A DNA stretch of 64,000 nt. Origin: an uncultured delta proteobacterium (GTDB lineage: Bacteria; Desulfobacterota; Binatia; UBA9968). The notes beneath the pieces are model-generated. The model worked only from the letters and a program-made list of their open reading frames with translations. It was not told the origin of the DNA and searched no databases. Location: the NCBI GenBank assembly GCA_963804165.1, contig CAWDPO010000030.1, positions 64,001 through 128,000 on the forward strand, given 5' to 3'. Position numbers and translations under genes: made by a program. Within the stretch, counting starts at the first letter, position 1. Each line of letters begins with the position of its first letter. Shown here piece after piece: positions 63,373 to 64,000 of the stretch.

Positions 63373-63976
63373 TCACCGAAGAGTACCCACCTGCTCGACG
63401 CGGCCATCGAATGTTCGCCCGAGCCCCTTTACTATACGCAGCGCGATAGCGGATTGAGCATATTTTGCATCTGATTCGGTTCGGTATAATCCCCACCCGA
63501 TGCGATAGCACTCAGTACCTGGGAGAGGCAGCACGATTAACTCGGCTTCCGGGACCGAAAAGATGGCCTCGCGTACCACATAGGAGTCGCAACTATCACG
63601 AATGATAACTGTATAGTAAGCGGTTCCTCGTAGCGCTGAAGCGAAAATTTTTGATGCGCGGAGCGGTCCTTGTTTACGGGCATCTGCTCGTGCCGTCGCT
63701 AACCCCGCTGCCAGCCTGTCTATTGGGATCAATGTATACCGGTGCGGCCCGTTCTCTTTCTGCCTGAGCCGCGCGTTCCCTTTCCTCCTGAGCCCGTCGC
63801 CCCCCTGCCTGAGCCTGAGCCGCACGTTCTCTTTCTGCCTGAGTTCGTTCTCTCTCTGCCTGAGCCTGAGCCGCACGTTCTCTTTCTGCCTGAGTTCGCT
63901 GTCTCTCAGCCTCAGCCGCTGCCGCTTGAGCCTGCTCCTCCGCTCGCTTCTGCTCCGCCCTGGACTTTTCTTCCAT
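63373..63976 (-). CDS. TolA-like Ala/Glu/Gln/Arg-rich protein; frameshifted, may start beyond the window
   Basis: (TQ)AERERAAQAQA repeats encoded by tandem DNA repeats at about 63750-63905. Confidence 0.5.
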
Positions 63977-64000
63977 AATGGTACGATAGGACAGGAATCC

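Overview
Bacterial chromosomal window of about 55-60% GC. The gene repertoire (many ABC solute-binding proteins, amidohydrolase, M24 and VOC enzymes, DUF1302/DUF1329/YCF48/RND cassette, multi-GAF kinase) resembles Binatota or deltaproteobacteria-like soil organisms, which is an inference. Many genes carry single-base frameshifts, probably long-read consensus errors. Bases 1-40.8 kb hold housekeeping and catabolic genes (fabI, PduO-type adenosyltransferase, lnt, nth, LigAB-type dioxygenase, ABC/VOC/M24 cluster). They are interspersed with palindromic repeats and four IS elements: one IS1111/IS110, two IS1182 and one IS5. Three of the four sit inside REP- or MITE-like repeats. From about 40.9 kb onward the region is accessory: tRNA-end (att-like) remnants, attC-like sites, duplicated small basic proteins, a c-di-GMP-II-like riboswitch ahead of a lone Flp pilin, a 10-GAF histidine kinase, and a twice-present promoter-plus-structured-RNA element of unknown identity. 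The most notable signals are (i) candidate bridge/seek-RNA guides in the IS1111 non-coding end that match its own insertion junctions in a REP, and (ii) the duplicated unknown structured RNA at about 59.5 and 62.3 kb.
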